The translations under genes were made by a program, and so were the position numbers. DNA of 25,500 bases from positions 1 through 25,500 of IMG/VR virus record IMGVR_UViG_3300007513_000185; one strand, given 5' to 3'. Source of the DNA: a virus. Lineage: Duplodnaviria; Caudoviricetes. This document shows positions 6,667-13,630 of this stretch, in pieces (the first letter of the stretch is position 1; each line of letters opens with the position of its first letter). Under the pieces are notes generated by a model, which ran no database searches, was not told the origin of the DNA, and saw only the letters and a program-made list of their open reading frames with translations.

Positions 6667-7062
6667 AGCGGGGTTCCCTCCTTCTCAGACACCCCCCCTC
6701 CCCCCAGGTTGCGGGTCCGGGGTTCAGTGGGAGGGCACACCCTCAGGCCCCCGCAGTTTTTCGTCTTGTAGGCCCAAGCCGGTAGCGCGTCTCTCCGGCC
6801 CCCTGTGGGACGTGGCCGCGTTTTGGTGCCCAGATGCGGCGAACCAATCTGGGGGGCTTAGGGTGCGTCTCCGTCGCCCAGGATGGGAGCGTAGAGGGTG
6901 GCCCGCCGGGGCGCAAGTCTCTGGGGGCAAGAAAGCGCCCCCGAGAGTCCTCGCGAGAGACTTCCGGGGGCAGTGACTAACCCTCAGTCTGGCGCGGGTG
7001 GTGTGTCGCCGGGGAGACGCATACCCGGCGATGCCGCGCCAAGGTGTGGCGTCGTCGCGGGC

Positions 7063-7071
7063 ATGATAGCA
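7063..7071 (-). promoter_or_regulatory. Putative leftward extended -10 promoter
   Basis: Minus strand TGcTATCAT. The -35 position (about 7086-7091) is occupied by a copy of the 13-bp repeat. Confidence 0.45.
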
Positions 7072-7086
7072 CGGCGTCCCCTCGCT

Positions 7087-7283
7087 ACCCTCTGGAGTAC
7101 CTTCTGGAGTAGTACTCCAGAAGGTGGCGCCCCCCGTTCCAGAGCCTCCACTGTCGGACGGTCGGAGACGCAAAGGGTTTGGCCGTCACCACTTACCGCC
7201 CCTCTTCAGGACGTTCGAGAGCTGCCACTGTCGAAGGTCCCTGCCCCATCCGCCTACCCTCTGGAGTAAGTACTCCAGAAGGT
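7087..7283. repeat. Five copies of ACCYTCTGGAGTA forming two palindromic operator/iteron sites
   Basis: Direct copies at 7087-7099, 7099-7111 and 7256-7268; inverted copies TACTCCAGAAGGT at 7113-7125 and 7271-7283. Spacers are 1 nt and 2 nt. Confidence 0.9.
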
Positions 7284-7290
7284 CCCTCGT

Positions 7291-7319
7291 TTGCGGATGG
7301 GCCTGAATAGCTGTAAAAT
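7291..7319 (+). promoter_or_regulatory. Putative sigma70-type rightward promoter
   Basis: TTGCGG(7291-7296)-N17-TAAAAT(7314-7319). ATG 7329 follows 9 nt later with no RBS (near-leaderless). Confidence 0.65.
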
Positions 7320-7328
7320 CACCCGTCC

Positions 7329-7634
7329 ATGACAGATCTGCCCCCTGCTCCTGAGGAGCGAAAAGTGCCCGCCGACCCGGCGGAATGGCCCCGCATCCTC
7401 CGCGGCTGGCGGGTCATCGGTAAGTACGCGGGAATGTCCTCTCGCAGCACCCGACGAGCGACCAGCGACCCAGATCACCCATTCCATGAGGTGGTTCGCC
7501 GGGATCCCGCGAGCCAGCGAGTCTGGTGCTGGTCGGCGGAACTCTGGTCGGCGCTCGCAAAGATGCCTCTTGCCGGGCCGGAGATGACGCCCCCGGACGC
7601 AGGGGCCCCAGACCCCGACTCCATCCTCCTCTGA
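7329..7634 (+). CDS. HTH DNA-binding protein (Xis/MerR-like)
   Basis: ILRGWRVIGKYAGMSSRSTRR…VWCWSAEL resembles the LxGWKEIAxYxGxSxRTxxR HTH family; first gene after the promoter. Confidence 0.65.
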   Translation: MTDLPPAPEERKVPADPAEWPRILRGWRVIGKYAGMSSRSTRRATSDPDHPFHEVVRRDPASQRVWCWSAELWSALAKMPLAGPEMTPPDAGAPDPDSILL

Positions 7635-7662
7635 CTGTCCGCCCCGACCGTAATATCAGGGG

Positions 7663-8586
7663 ATGGAAGCTCTCAGAAAAGGTCCCCATGCGGTCAATCA
7701 GCGCCAAAAATGGCTCGAGTGGCGGCAATCATCCATCGGCGCGAGCGAAGCTGCCACCATCCTCGGCCTCAACCCCTGGTCGAGCCCCCTGAAGTTGTTC
7801 TCCAACAAGATCGGGCTGACCGACGACGGCCCCATTGCCAGCGAGGCGGCAGAGTGGGGGCACCGGCTCCAGACCGCCGTGCTTCAGGCCATGACGGACA
7901 AGAGCGAGGGGAAGACGTTCTCGGAGTTCGAGATCGGGCTCGTGAACCCCGACTTCCCGTACCTGCACGCGACCCCCGACGCCATCGTCGGAGGGGCTGG
8001 CGTGATCCCTTCGCTGAAGGAGCCGTTCCCAGAGTTGGGCGAGGCGAAGGTCACCTCGGTCACCAAGCACTGGGAGGATGGCGTGCCTGCTCATGTCCAG
8101 TGCCAGGTGCAAGTGCAGATGGCGGTGACCCGGTCAAACATGGTCACGGTCGGGGCGCTGTTCAACGCTCGGCAATTCGAGATGTGGGAGATCGAGCGAG
8201 ATGACGAGTTCATCCACGACGAGCTGCTGCCGAAGGTGAAGGAGTTCCACGAGCGGCTGGAGGCGGGGGATCCGCCCGACGAGACGACTGCCGGTGACGG
8301 GGAAGTCCTCTCCCTCATGTACCCCGCCAGCCTGAGCGAAGGCAGTGTCGCGCTGACGGGCATGTTCACCGACCTCGACGACGAGCTCGTCAGCGTGAAG
8401 CAGGCGCTCAAGGACATGGGCGACAAGAAGAAGGAACTGGAGAACAAACTCAAAAGGGCCATAGGTGAGCACACTTCGGGAGTGCTGCCGAACGGCGTTA
8501 GCTACAGTTGGAAGACGCAGGTACGCAAGGCGTACACGGTGGAGCACCCGGAGCGCACCACACGGATCCTGAGGAGGCACAAGTAA
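7663..8586 (+). CDS. YqaJ-family viral recombinase exonuclease (lambda Exo-like)
   Basis: WLEWRQSSIGASEAATILGLNPWSSPLKLF, WGHRLQ, LHATPDAI, GEAKVT, VPAHVQCQVQVQMAVT, IERDDEFI. Confidence 0.95.
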   Translation: MEALRKGPHAVNQRQKWLEWRQSSIGASEAATILGLNPWSSPLKLFSNKIGLTDDGPIASEAAEWGHRLQTAVLQAMTDKSEGKTFSEFEIGLVNPDFPYLHATPDAIVGGAGVIPSLKEPFPELGEAKVTSVTKHWEDGVPAHVQCQVQVQMAVTRSNMVTVGALFNARQFEMWEIERDDEFIHDELLPKVKEFHERLEAGDPPDETTAGDGEVLSLMYPASLSEGSVALTGMFTDLDDELVSVKQALKDMGDKKKELENKLKRAIGEHTSGVLPNGVSYSWKTQVRKAYTVEHPERTTRILRRHK

Positions 8587-9323
8587 TGGCAGGCGCAGTC
8601 ACCGCACGGCAAAAGGTTCAGAACTTCGGGCAGATGCTGGAGGCCCGGACATCGCAGCTTCAGAGCATGCTCGCCAAGGGGGTGGATGTCGAGCGGTTCA
8701 AGCGAGTAGCCCTCACCGCGTTCGGCACCACGCCGCAACTCCAGAAGTGCAGCGTGGAGTCGGTCATCGGGGCGATCAACGAGGCCGCGGCCCTCTCCCT
8801 CATGCCCGACAGCGTGCTGGGGGAGGCATACCTGGTGCCGTACGGCCAGAAGTGCCAGTTGATCCCTGGCTACCGCGGGCTCATGACCCTCGCGAGGAGG
8901 ACTGGGGAGGTCTCCTCCGTGGAGGCCCGGGTCGTCCGTGCGAACGACGAGTTCGATGTCGCGTACGGGCTTGAGCCGGTCCTCCGCCACGTCCCCGCGA
9001 TGTCCAATGCGGGCGCGATGACTCACGTCTACTGCGTGGTCCGTCTCAAGGACGGCGGCATCCAGTGGGAGATCATGACCAAGGACGACGTGGACCGCAT
9101 CCGCTCTCGTGCAAAAGCCTCTGGGTCCGGGCCCTGGTCTACCGACTACGAGGCCATGGCCCTCAAGACCGTGATCCGCAAGACTCTGAAGATGTGCCCC
9201 ATGTCCACAGAAGACAGCCAGTTGCTGCGGCGAGCGGTAGTCGCTGACGAGCAGAGAGAGATCGGGCTGGAAGAGGTCCAGCTCGTCCCGGTGGAGGCGA
9301 TTGAGGGCAATGACTCTGAGTAA
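8586..9323 (+). CDS. recT: RecT-family single-strand annealing protein
   Basis: Start reassigned to ATG 8586 (TAATG overlap, AGGAGG RBS). ERFKRVALT…LQKCSVESV…LGEAYLVPY…CQLIPGYRGLMTLARRTG…GPWSTDYEAMALKTVIRKTLKMCPMS. Confidence 0.95.
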   Translation: MAGAVTARQKVQNFGQMLEARTSQLQSMLAKGVDVERFKRVALTAFGTTPQLQKCSVESVIGAINEAAALSLMPDSVLGEAYLVPYGQKCQLIPGYRGLMTLARRTGEVSSVEARVVRANDEFDVAYGLEPVLRHVPAMSNAGAMTHVYCVVRLKDGGIQWEIMTKDDVDRIRSRAKASGSGPWSTDYEAMALKTVIRKTLKMCPMSTEDSQLLRRAVVADEQREIGLEEVQLVPVEAIEGNDSE

Positions 9324-9498
9324 GCGCAGAGCAGCCCGGGAGCGGGACCCTCGCCCCCTTCCTCCCAGGGATCCCGGGCTCTACTGCCGGACCTGCGGGG
9401 CGAGGCACGTCTCAGCGACGAGAGACCCCTGTGACAAGTGCGCCGCGATTGAGGAGCGCCATTGCTTTGCGGAGGTGCGTGGCCGCTACCGACGGTGA
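9310..9498 (+). CDS. Small Zn-finger protein
   Basis: CRTC…CDKC; overlaps the recT end; GAGG before ATG 9310. Confidence 0.6.
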   Translation: MTLSKRRAARERDPRPLPPRDPGLYCRTCGARHVSATRDPCDKCAAIEERHCFAEVRGRYRR

Positions 9499-9572
9499 CG
9501 CCCCTCGTCCTTGCTCGCGCTCCACGCCAGGACCAGGAACACGAGCATAAGAGCCGCGAGGCTGGCGCTCAC
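9486..9572 (-). CDS. 28-aa hydrophobic peptide
   Basis: MSASLAALMLVFLVLAWSASKDEGRHRR; GTG overlaps the upstream stop (GTGA). Confidence 0.45.
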   Translation of the reverse strand: MSASLAALMLVFLVLAWSASKDEGRHRR

Positions 9573-10096
9573 TGGACTTCGCTCCACAGACCCCAAAACC
9601 GGAACCCGTACGAGTCACTGGCGGTGTACCCCACGAAGTAGGCGTTCCACCCGAGAGGATTGACCGACGGAGGGATGGCCCAGACAGCGCACTCCATGAA
9701 CCCGGAGAAGGACGCACCCATTGCGGCGTAAGCCCACGAGCCGCCGCCGAAAACAGACGGCGATGGGAGGACTTCTCCGGTAACCCCAGTGGGCGCGTAG
9801 ACCGGCCCGACCGGCGGGGATGCTGGAGCGCCGAGCCACTCCATCGGCAGCCCTTCCGGGGGAGGCACGCCCCCCCAGTTCGCCGTAGGAGGGAGCGTCC
9901 TCGGGCTCGACGCCGAGAGGTCCGGGGTGAGGAACACGAACCACTCGGTCACAATCTCGTCGTGCGCCGGGGTGTAGAACGCGAGATCCGCGGTCACCGT
10001 CAGCCCATGCACCGACTCGTCCGTCACTACCCTTGGTATGACGACCTGACCGCAAGCGCAGACCGCCAAGACAACCAGTACGAGAAAGGCTCTCAT
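9569..10096 (-). CDS. Exported protein / possible lipoprotein
   Basis: Signal peptide MRAFLVLVVLAVCACG; Pro/Trp-rich mature part; AAGGGGGG RBS. Confidence 0.7.
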   Translation of the reverse strand: MRAFLVLVVLAVCACGQVVIPRVVTDESVHGLTVTADLAFYTPAHDEIVTEWFVFLTPDLSASSPRTLPPTANWGGVPPPEGLPMEWLGAPASPPVGPVYAPTGVTGEVLPSPSVFGGGSWAYAAMGASFSGFMECAVWAIPPSVNPLGWNAYFVGYTASDSYGFRFWGLWSEVQ

Positions 10097-10155
10097 TGCG
10101 AGTTCCCCCCTTGCTCATACTCCCGCCGGGCGGCGAGGTTCAGTCGTCTTGTTTT

Positions 10156-11064
10156 TTATTCTTGGCGCCGGAACCCGCTGAAGGTCGTGGGGTCTGGCGA
10201 AAACCGAGGCGGCTCTGGCGCCCCGGGCCCCTGAAGGGGGTCCAGGTATTGGCGACCACCTGTGTCGAGTCCCACCCCGCCGGGGAGTTGAAGCCCCTTC
10301 TCGATCTCACTGACCATAGCGTCCCAGATGGGCGCCATCTCCGGTCGGTTGTGGAAGTGACGGCGGAAGAGCGTGTCGAGGAGTTTCTCCCCTGCTTCCG
10401 GGCCGCGAGAGCGGACGAACGCATTCACGAAACCGTCCATGTTGTTGCGCCGCCACGCGGTCGCCACGTCCTCTGGGTTCAGTCCAGTAGCGAGGTCCCC
10501 GATCTGGCCTACCAAGTAGTCGAGCTGGGGGTCCAGCGCGTCCACCAGGTCCGCCCCGGTTTGCCCGGTAGGCGAGATCGTCGTTGGCGCGGGAGGTGCG
10601 GGCATCGGCATCGGTGCCGGACCCGGAGGCGCGGAGACGGCGGGCATTGGCATCGGTGCCGGACCCGGAGGCCTGCTGTGGGGTTGCCAGTTGTCTGGGA
10701 ACGGCTGCCCGTACGACCAGTGGGGACCGGCGGGGACCGGCGGGCGGGGTTGTTCAGCCGCGCCGCCCCCCGGCGGCAGAGGTGCCGCTGCTCTCGGCAT
10801 CGGCATCGGTGCCGGACCCGGAGGCGCTGTGACCACTTGCGTCGGAGGCCGGGTGAGTGCCGCATCAATTGCGGCTACGTCTGCCGGGCTCACCTCTGGA
10901 ACGCGGTGGTGCATCTGCGATGCCCGCAAGGCCTCCTCGTAAGCTGGAGTGCTGCCAAAGGCACCCTGCCCCAGGGTCCTCACCTCGTGTGGCCGCAAAG
11001 GCCGGCCAGCCGGACCTCGCATCGTTCCCGCAGGCTCCGAATGGAATGCTTGTTGAGAGCTCAT
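10156..11064 (-). CDS. Pro-rich protein with three PPGPAPMPMP repeats
   Basis: 302-aa ORF in operon orientation, starting 1 nt after the upstream stop; helical-looking C-terminal domain. Confidence 0.75.
   Translation of the reverse strand: MSSQQAFHSEPAGTMRGPAGRPLRPHEVRTLGQGAFGSTPAYEEALRASQMHHRVPEVSPADVAAIDAALTRPPTQVVTAPPGPAPMPMPRAAAPLPPGGGAAEQPRPPVPAGPHWSYGQPFPDNWQPHSRPPGPAPMPMPAVSAPPGPAPMPMPAPPAPTTISPTGQTGADLVDALDPQLDYLVGQIGDLATGLNPEDVATAWRRNNMDGFVNAFVRSRGPEAGEKLLDTLFRRHFHNRPEMAPIWDAMVSEIEKGLQLPGGVGLDTGGRQYLDPLQGPGAPEPPRFSPDPTTFSGFRRQE
10601..10825. repeat. Three dispersed 30-bp intragenic direct repeats
   Basis: GGCATYGGCATCGGTGCCGGACCCGGAGGC at 10601-10630, 10643-10672 and 10796-10825. 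Confidence 0.9.
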
Positions 11065-11065
11065 A

Positions 11066-11191
11066 TCACTTCTTCTTCTTGGTGACCTTCTTCTTGGTCA
11101 CCTTGGACTTCGCCATCTTCTTGGCGTACGCCTTCGCCGCACGCTTCCCCGCCTTGGTGTACGCAAATTGTTTCCCGCCTGCCTTGGGCAT
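11066..11191 (-). CDS. 41-aa Lys-rich basic protein
   Basis: MPKAGGKQFAYTKAGKRAAKAYAKKMAKSKVTKKKVTKKKK, below the track cut-off. AAAGGGGG RBS; fills the gap between neighbours. Confidence 0.8.
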   Translation of the reverse strand: MPKAGGKQFAYTKAGKRAAKAYAKKMAKSKVTKKKVTKKKK

Positions 11192-11205
11192 CCCGCCCCC
11201 TTTCG

Positions 11206-11526
11206 TCACTCAATGGTGTCCAACAGGACCTGCTGGTACATAACGACGTAATCGGCTCTCACCGCCTTGGGCCGTGGAAACTGGCTACGCCAAAAGCATG
11301 GCAGCACCTCGCCGTCCGGGGAGAGGTGGCGCTCGATCACCGTGCCGAGGTTGGGCTCCCCCTTGTTCAGCAAATGCACTTCGTAGAAGTTCTCGCCGTC
11401 TGACGAGAGCACGAACCGCCAGAGCGTTACGCCGTCTTCGGCGCACCCTTCGTGGCTTTCGTCCTGCGCTTCGTCTTCCGGCCCGATCTCTTCCGAGGCC
11501 ATGACTTCTGGGTCTTCCCTTTCCAC
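11206..11526 (-). CDS. Hypothetical acidic protein
   Basis: Operon orientation; overlaps the phosphoesterase tail. Start uncertain (may be the Met near 11502). Confidence 0.6.
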   Translation of the reverse strand: MEREDPEVMASEEIGPEDEAQDESHEGCAEDGVTLWRFVLSSDGENFYEVHLLNKGEPNLGTVIERHLSPDGEVLPCFWRSQFPRPKAVRADYVVMYQQVLLDTIE

Positions 11527-12641
11527 AGCGACTCGAGCACGGTTAGCCCGCGCTCTGAGTCTTCGTACACTTCGATGCGCCGGATGTCCGGGTGCAAGAT
11601 GGCGACCATGTCGGGGTTGTAGTTCCCGTACGCGAAACCCTGCTTCGTCGCGTAGTCGTCACCGATCCCCTCCGGGCTCTTGTAAGAGCCGAGCTGCACG
11701 CCGTGGCGCTTCTTCCCCTTCATCTCCCGGTGCGCGTAACCCGACGTATGCGTGTGCCCGGCGACCACCGCGTCCGCGTCCAGGTGCGCGTCGTTAAACA
11801 GGTGCCAGCGATCTACGCCGTGAGACGCCCGGTACTGGGATCGCCCCCTCACCTGATGACGCACCACCCATCGATACACCACCTCGCCAATTCGGATGTC
11901 GAGCACCAACTCATACGGGTCGTAGACCAAGCCAGGGCACAGGGCAACGACCGTGTCCCAGATGCACTGCCCGCTCCGGGTTTGCCCGAACTGGTCGTGG
12001 TTCCCAGGGACAACCCCCAACAAGCGGTCACCCATGAGCCCGAACACCCTCGCCACGGCGACCGCCTGCTCTGGGATCTCTGTCGTTTGCGCTTGGATGG
12101 CGCTCACTGCCCAGAACAGGTTGTCGGTTGCGTCTCCGATCTGGATCGCACGCACCGGGATGTCATCTCTCCGCACCTGCTCTACGCACCAGTCAATTCG
12201 GGCGTAATCGACAGCCTGGTGACCGACGTGCAGATCCCCCATCAACAGCAGACCGACAGGCCCAGCGCACGATGTCAGGTCTACAGAGCGGAACCGCTGC
12301 GCGATCTCCCGGTCGATCCTTTCTGAGGCGTGAGTCCTCAGTCGATCCCACACAGCCTCTGGGTCTACGCCCTTGTCAGGGTCGTACTCCACCGTCTCCA
12401 CAGGCTCGCGTTCGCTGCGAGCCGCCAAGGGGTCGCCCCGGATGACGTGGCGCTTTATGTCCGAGATCGTGTACCCAAACGCCCGCCGGACACTGGACTC
12501 AGACATTATCGGAGCGCCAGTGGCCGCCAGCTCAAGCCTCAGGTCGGTCTGCCGCACGGTGCCTGTGCGTCTCGCCACGTTCCGGGCCGCGGTGATGAGG
12601 TACTGAAGCTGCTCTTCTGGGGAGTAGCCGCTTCTTGCCAC
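11427..12641 (-). CDS. Calcineurin-like metallophosphoesterase with N-terminal helical domain
   Basis: GDLHVGH, IGDATDN, GNHD, RHQVRG, AGHTH give all five motifs. Start reassigned to GTG 12641, just after the holin stop. Confidence 0.9.
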   Translation of the reverse strand: MARSGYSPEEQLQYLITAARNVARRTGTVRQTDLRLELAATGAPIMSESSVRRAFGYTISDIKRHVIRGDPLAARSEREPVETVEYDPDKGVDPEAVWDRLRTHASERIDREIAQRFRSVDLTSCAGPVGLLLMGDLHVGHQAVDYARIDWCVEQVRRDDIPVRAIQIGDATDNLFWAVSAIQAQTTEIPEQAVAVARVFGLMGDRLLGVVPGNHDQFGQTRSGQCIWDTVVALCPGLVYDPYELVLDIRIGEVVYRWVVRHQVRGRSQYRASHGVDRWHLFNDAHLDADAVVAGHTHTSGYAHREMKGKKRHGVQLGSYKSPEGIGDDYATKQGFAYGNYNPDMVAILHPDIRRIEVYEDSERGLTVLESLWKGKTQKSWPRKRSGRKTKRRTKATKGAPKTA

Positions 12642-12642
12642 G

Positions 12643-12861
12643 TCAACTCGACGCTGTGGTGTCCGCGGACACCTTCGCCGCCTCCTTGCCGTTATCAGCA
12701 ATCCCCTGCCCGATACAGAACGCGACGATGGGGCTGATCAACACCACCAACGCATCCGTGTCCAGTTGGATCCCGAGCTTGCCGACCAGTGTGACGATGA
12801 CTCCGGCGGCGGCGGCCAACGCCTTCTTGCTGGCGAGCAGGCCCTTAATTGCACTCCACAT
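12643..12861 (-). CDS. Putative holin (2 TM)
   Basis: SKKALAAAAGVIVTLV…LVVLISPIVAFCIGQGIAD resembles SRKF…GQGIAD phage membrane proteins; AAGGAGG RBS. Confidence 0.7.
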   Translation of the reverse strand: MWSAIKGLLASKKALAAAAGVIVTLVGKLGIQLDTDALVVLISPIVAFCIGQGIADNGKEAAKVSADTTASS

Positions 12862-13157
12862 CAGTTCCCCTCCTTGTCGGAATGTGGGGGCGGAGGCACC
12901 AGGAGGTAGCCCTCCGGCAGTCGCACTTCCTCAGAGGACAGTTGCCACTCCCCCTTGCTGAAAACATAGACCTTGGCGTACGCCTCAGGCCCAATCTTTA
13001 TCAGGTCACTCACCACCGGACCCGTCGGGGTCTCCACCCACATTATCGGTGGGACCAGGACTACCCTCGGAGAGTCGCTTCCGACGCAACCGCTCAAGCA
13101 CGCCACGAGAAATGTCGTAGCGGAGAATGCGAGGAGCTTGATCAGATGTCGTGGCAA
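12861..13157 (-). CDS. Lipoprotein, o-spanin (Rz1)-like
   Basis: Hydrophobic signal with lipobox LSGC; Pro-rich mature region; overlaps the upstream gene in another frame. Confidence 0.65.
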   Translation of the reverse strand: MPRHLIKLLAFSATTFLVACLSGCVGSDSPRVVLVPPIMWVETPTGPVVSDLIKIGPEAYAKVYVFSKGEWQLSSEEVRLPEGYLLVPPPPHSDKEGN

Positions 13158-13230
13158 CAGTTTTCTCCTTGGGCTTGAACAGGAAGGGGAAGAGAGCGGA
13201 GAAGAACGCCCGGAGGATGCCGCTAATCAC
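13006..13230 (-). CDS. N-terminally anchored membrane protein, i-spanin (Rz)-like
   Basis: MISGILRAFFSALFPFLF anchor; GTGA coupling and AGGAGG-like RBS context; overlapped by the lipoprotein gene. Confidence 0.5.
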   Translation of the reverse strand: MISGILRAFFSALFPFLFKPKEKTVATTSDQAPRILRYDISRGVLERLRRKRLSEGSPGPTDNVGGDPDGSGGE

Positions 13231-13412
13231 CTGCGGATCCCCAAGTCCTTCAGGTCTTGAGGCGAAAGGTCGGCAGCCGTCCAGCTCAGGGTGACCCGCT
13301 CCATCTCCCCCGCACGGCGCTCTGCATCTCCGACCCGCTTCTTGATGTCGGCCACCGGGTCAGTCTCGGGCACACCCAACATCCGAAGGATGGCCGACCA
13401 AATTGCCCTCAT
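13227..13412 (-). CDS. Small hypothetical protein
   Basis: Amphipathic N-terminus MRAIWSAILRMLG; tight spacing; GGGAG RBS. Confidence 0.65.
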   Translation of the reverse strand: MRAIWSAILRMLGVPETDPVADIKKRVGDAERRAGEMERVTLSWTAADLSPQDLKDLGIRR

Positions 13413-13414
13413 GG

Positions 13415-13630
13415 TTAACTCCCCACCTTGTTCAGCGCGAACTGAACGATCAACGTCGCCAACCCCGCCCCGACGCTGGCGAGCGCCAGGACGCGGGACC
13501 GGAACGACTCGAGTTGGATCAGCCCGTCAGAGATAGACTTCAAGTCCGACCGGATCTCCTTGATCTGCTCTCGCAAGTGAGAGATCTCGACCTTGGTGGC
13601 CCCCCGGAACTCCGCATCGCCGTTCGTCAC
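13415..13630 (-). CDS. Coiled-coil protein with C-terminal TM (XhlA/holin-like)
   Basis: Heptad pattern ISHLREQIKEIRSDLKSI…L then VLALASVGAGLATLIVQFAL; GTGA overlap with the giant gene. Confidence 0.75.
   Translation of the reverse strand: MTNGDAEFRGATKVEISHLREQIKEIRSDLKSISDGLIQLESFRSRVLALASVGAGLATLIVQFALNKVGS

Noticed and set aside
7087-7283. 13-bp repeats as a mini CRISPR array
   Set aside because: Too short, both orientations, no regular spacers and no cas genes.
6476-7306. ORFs 6476..6976, 6724..7173, 6898..7269 and 7124..7306
   Set aside because: No RBS, low-complexity composition, mutually overlapping, and they cross the operator/promoter region.
10096-11085. 329-aa plus-strand ORF with RHRHRCRTRR repeats
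   Set aside because: Antisense shadow of the Pro-rich gene; the repeats are the reverse reading of PPGPAPMPMP.
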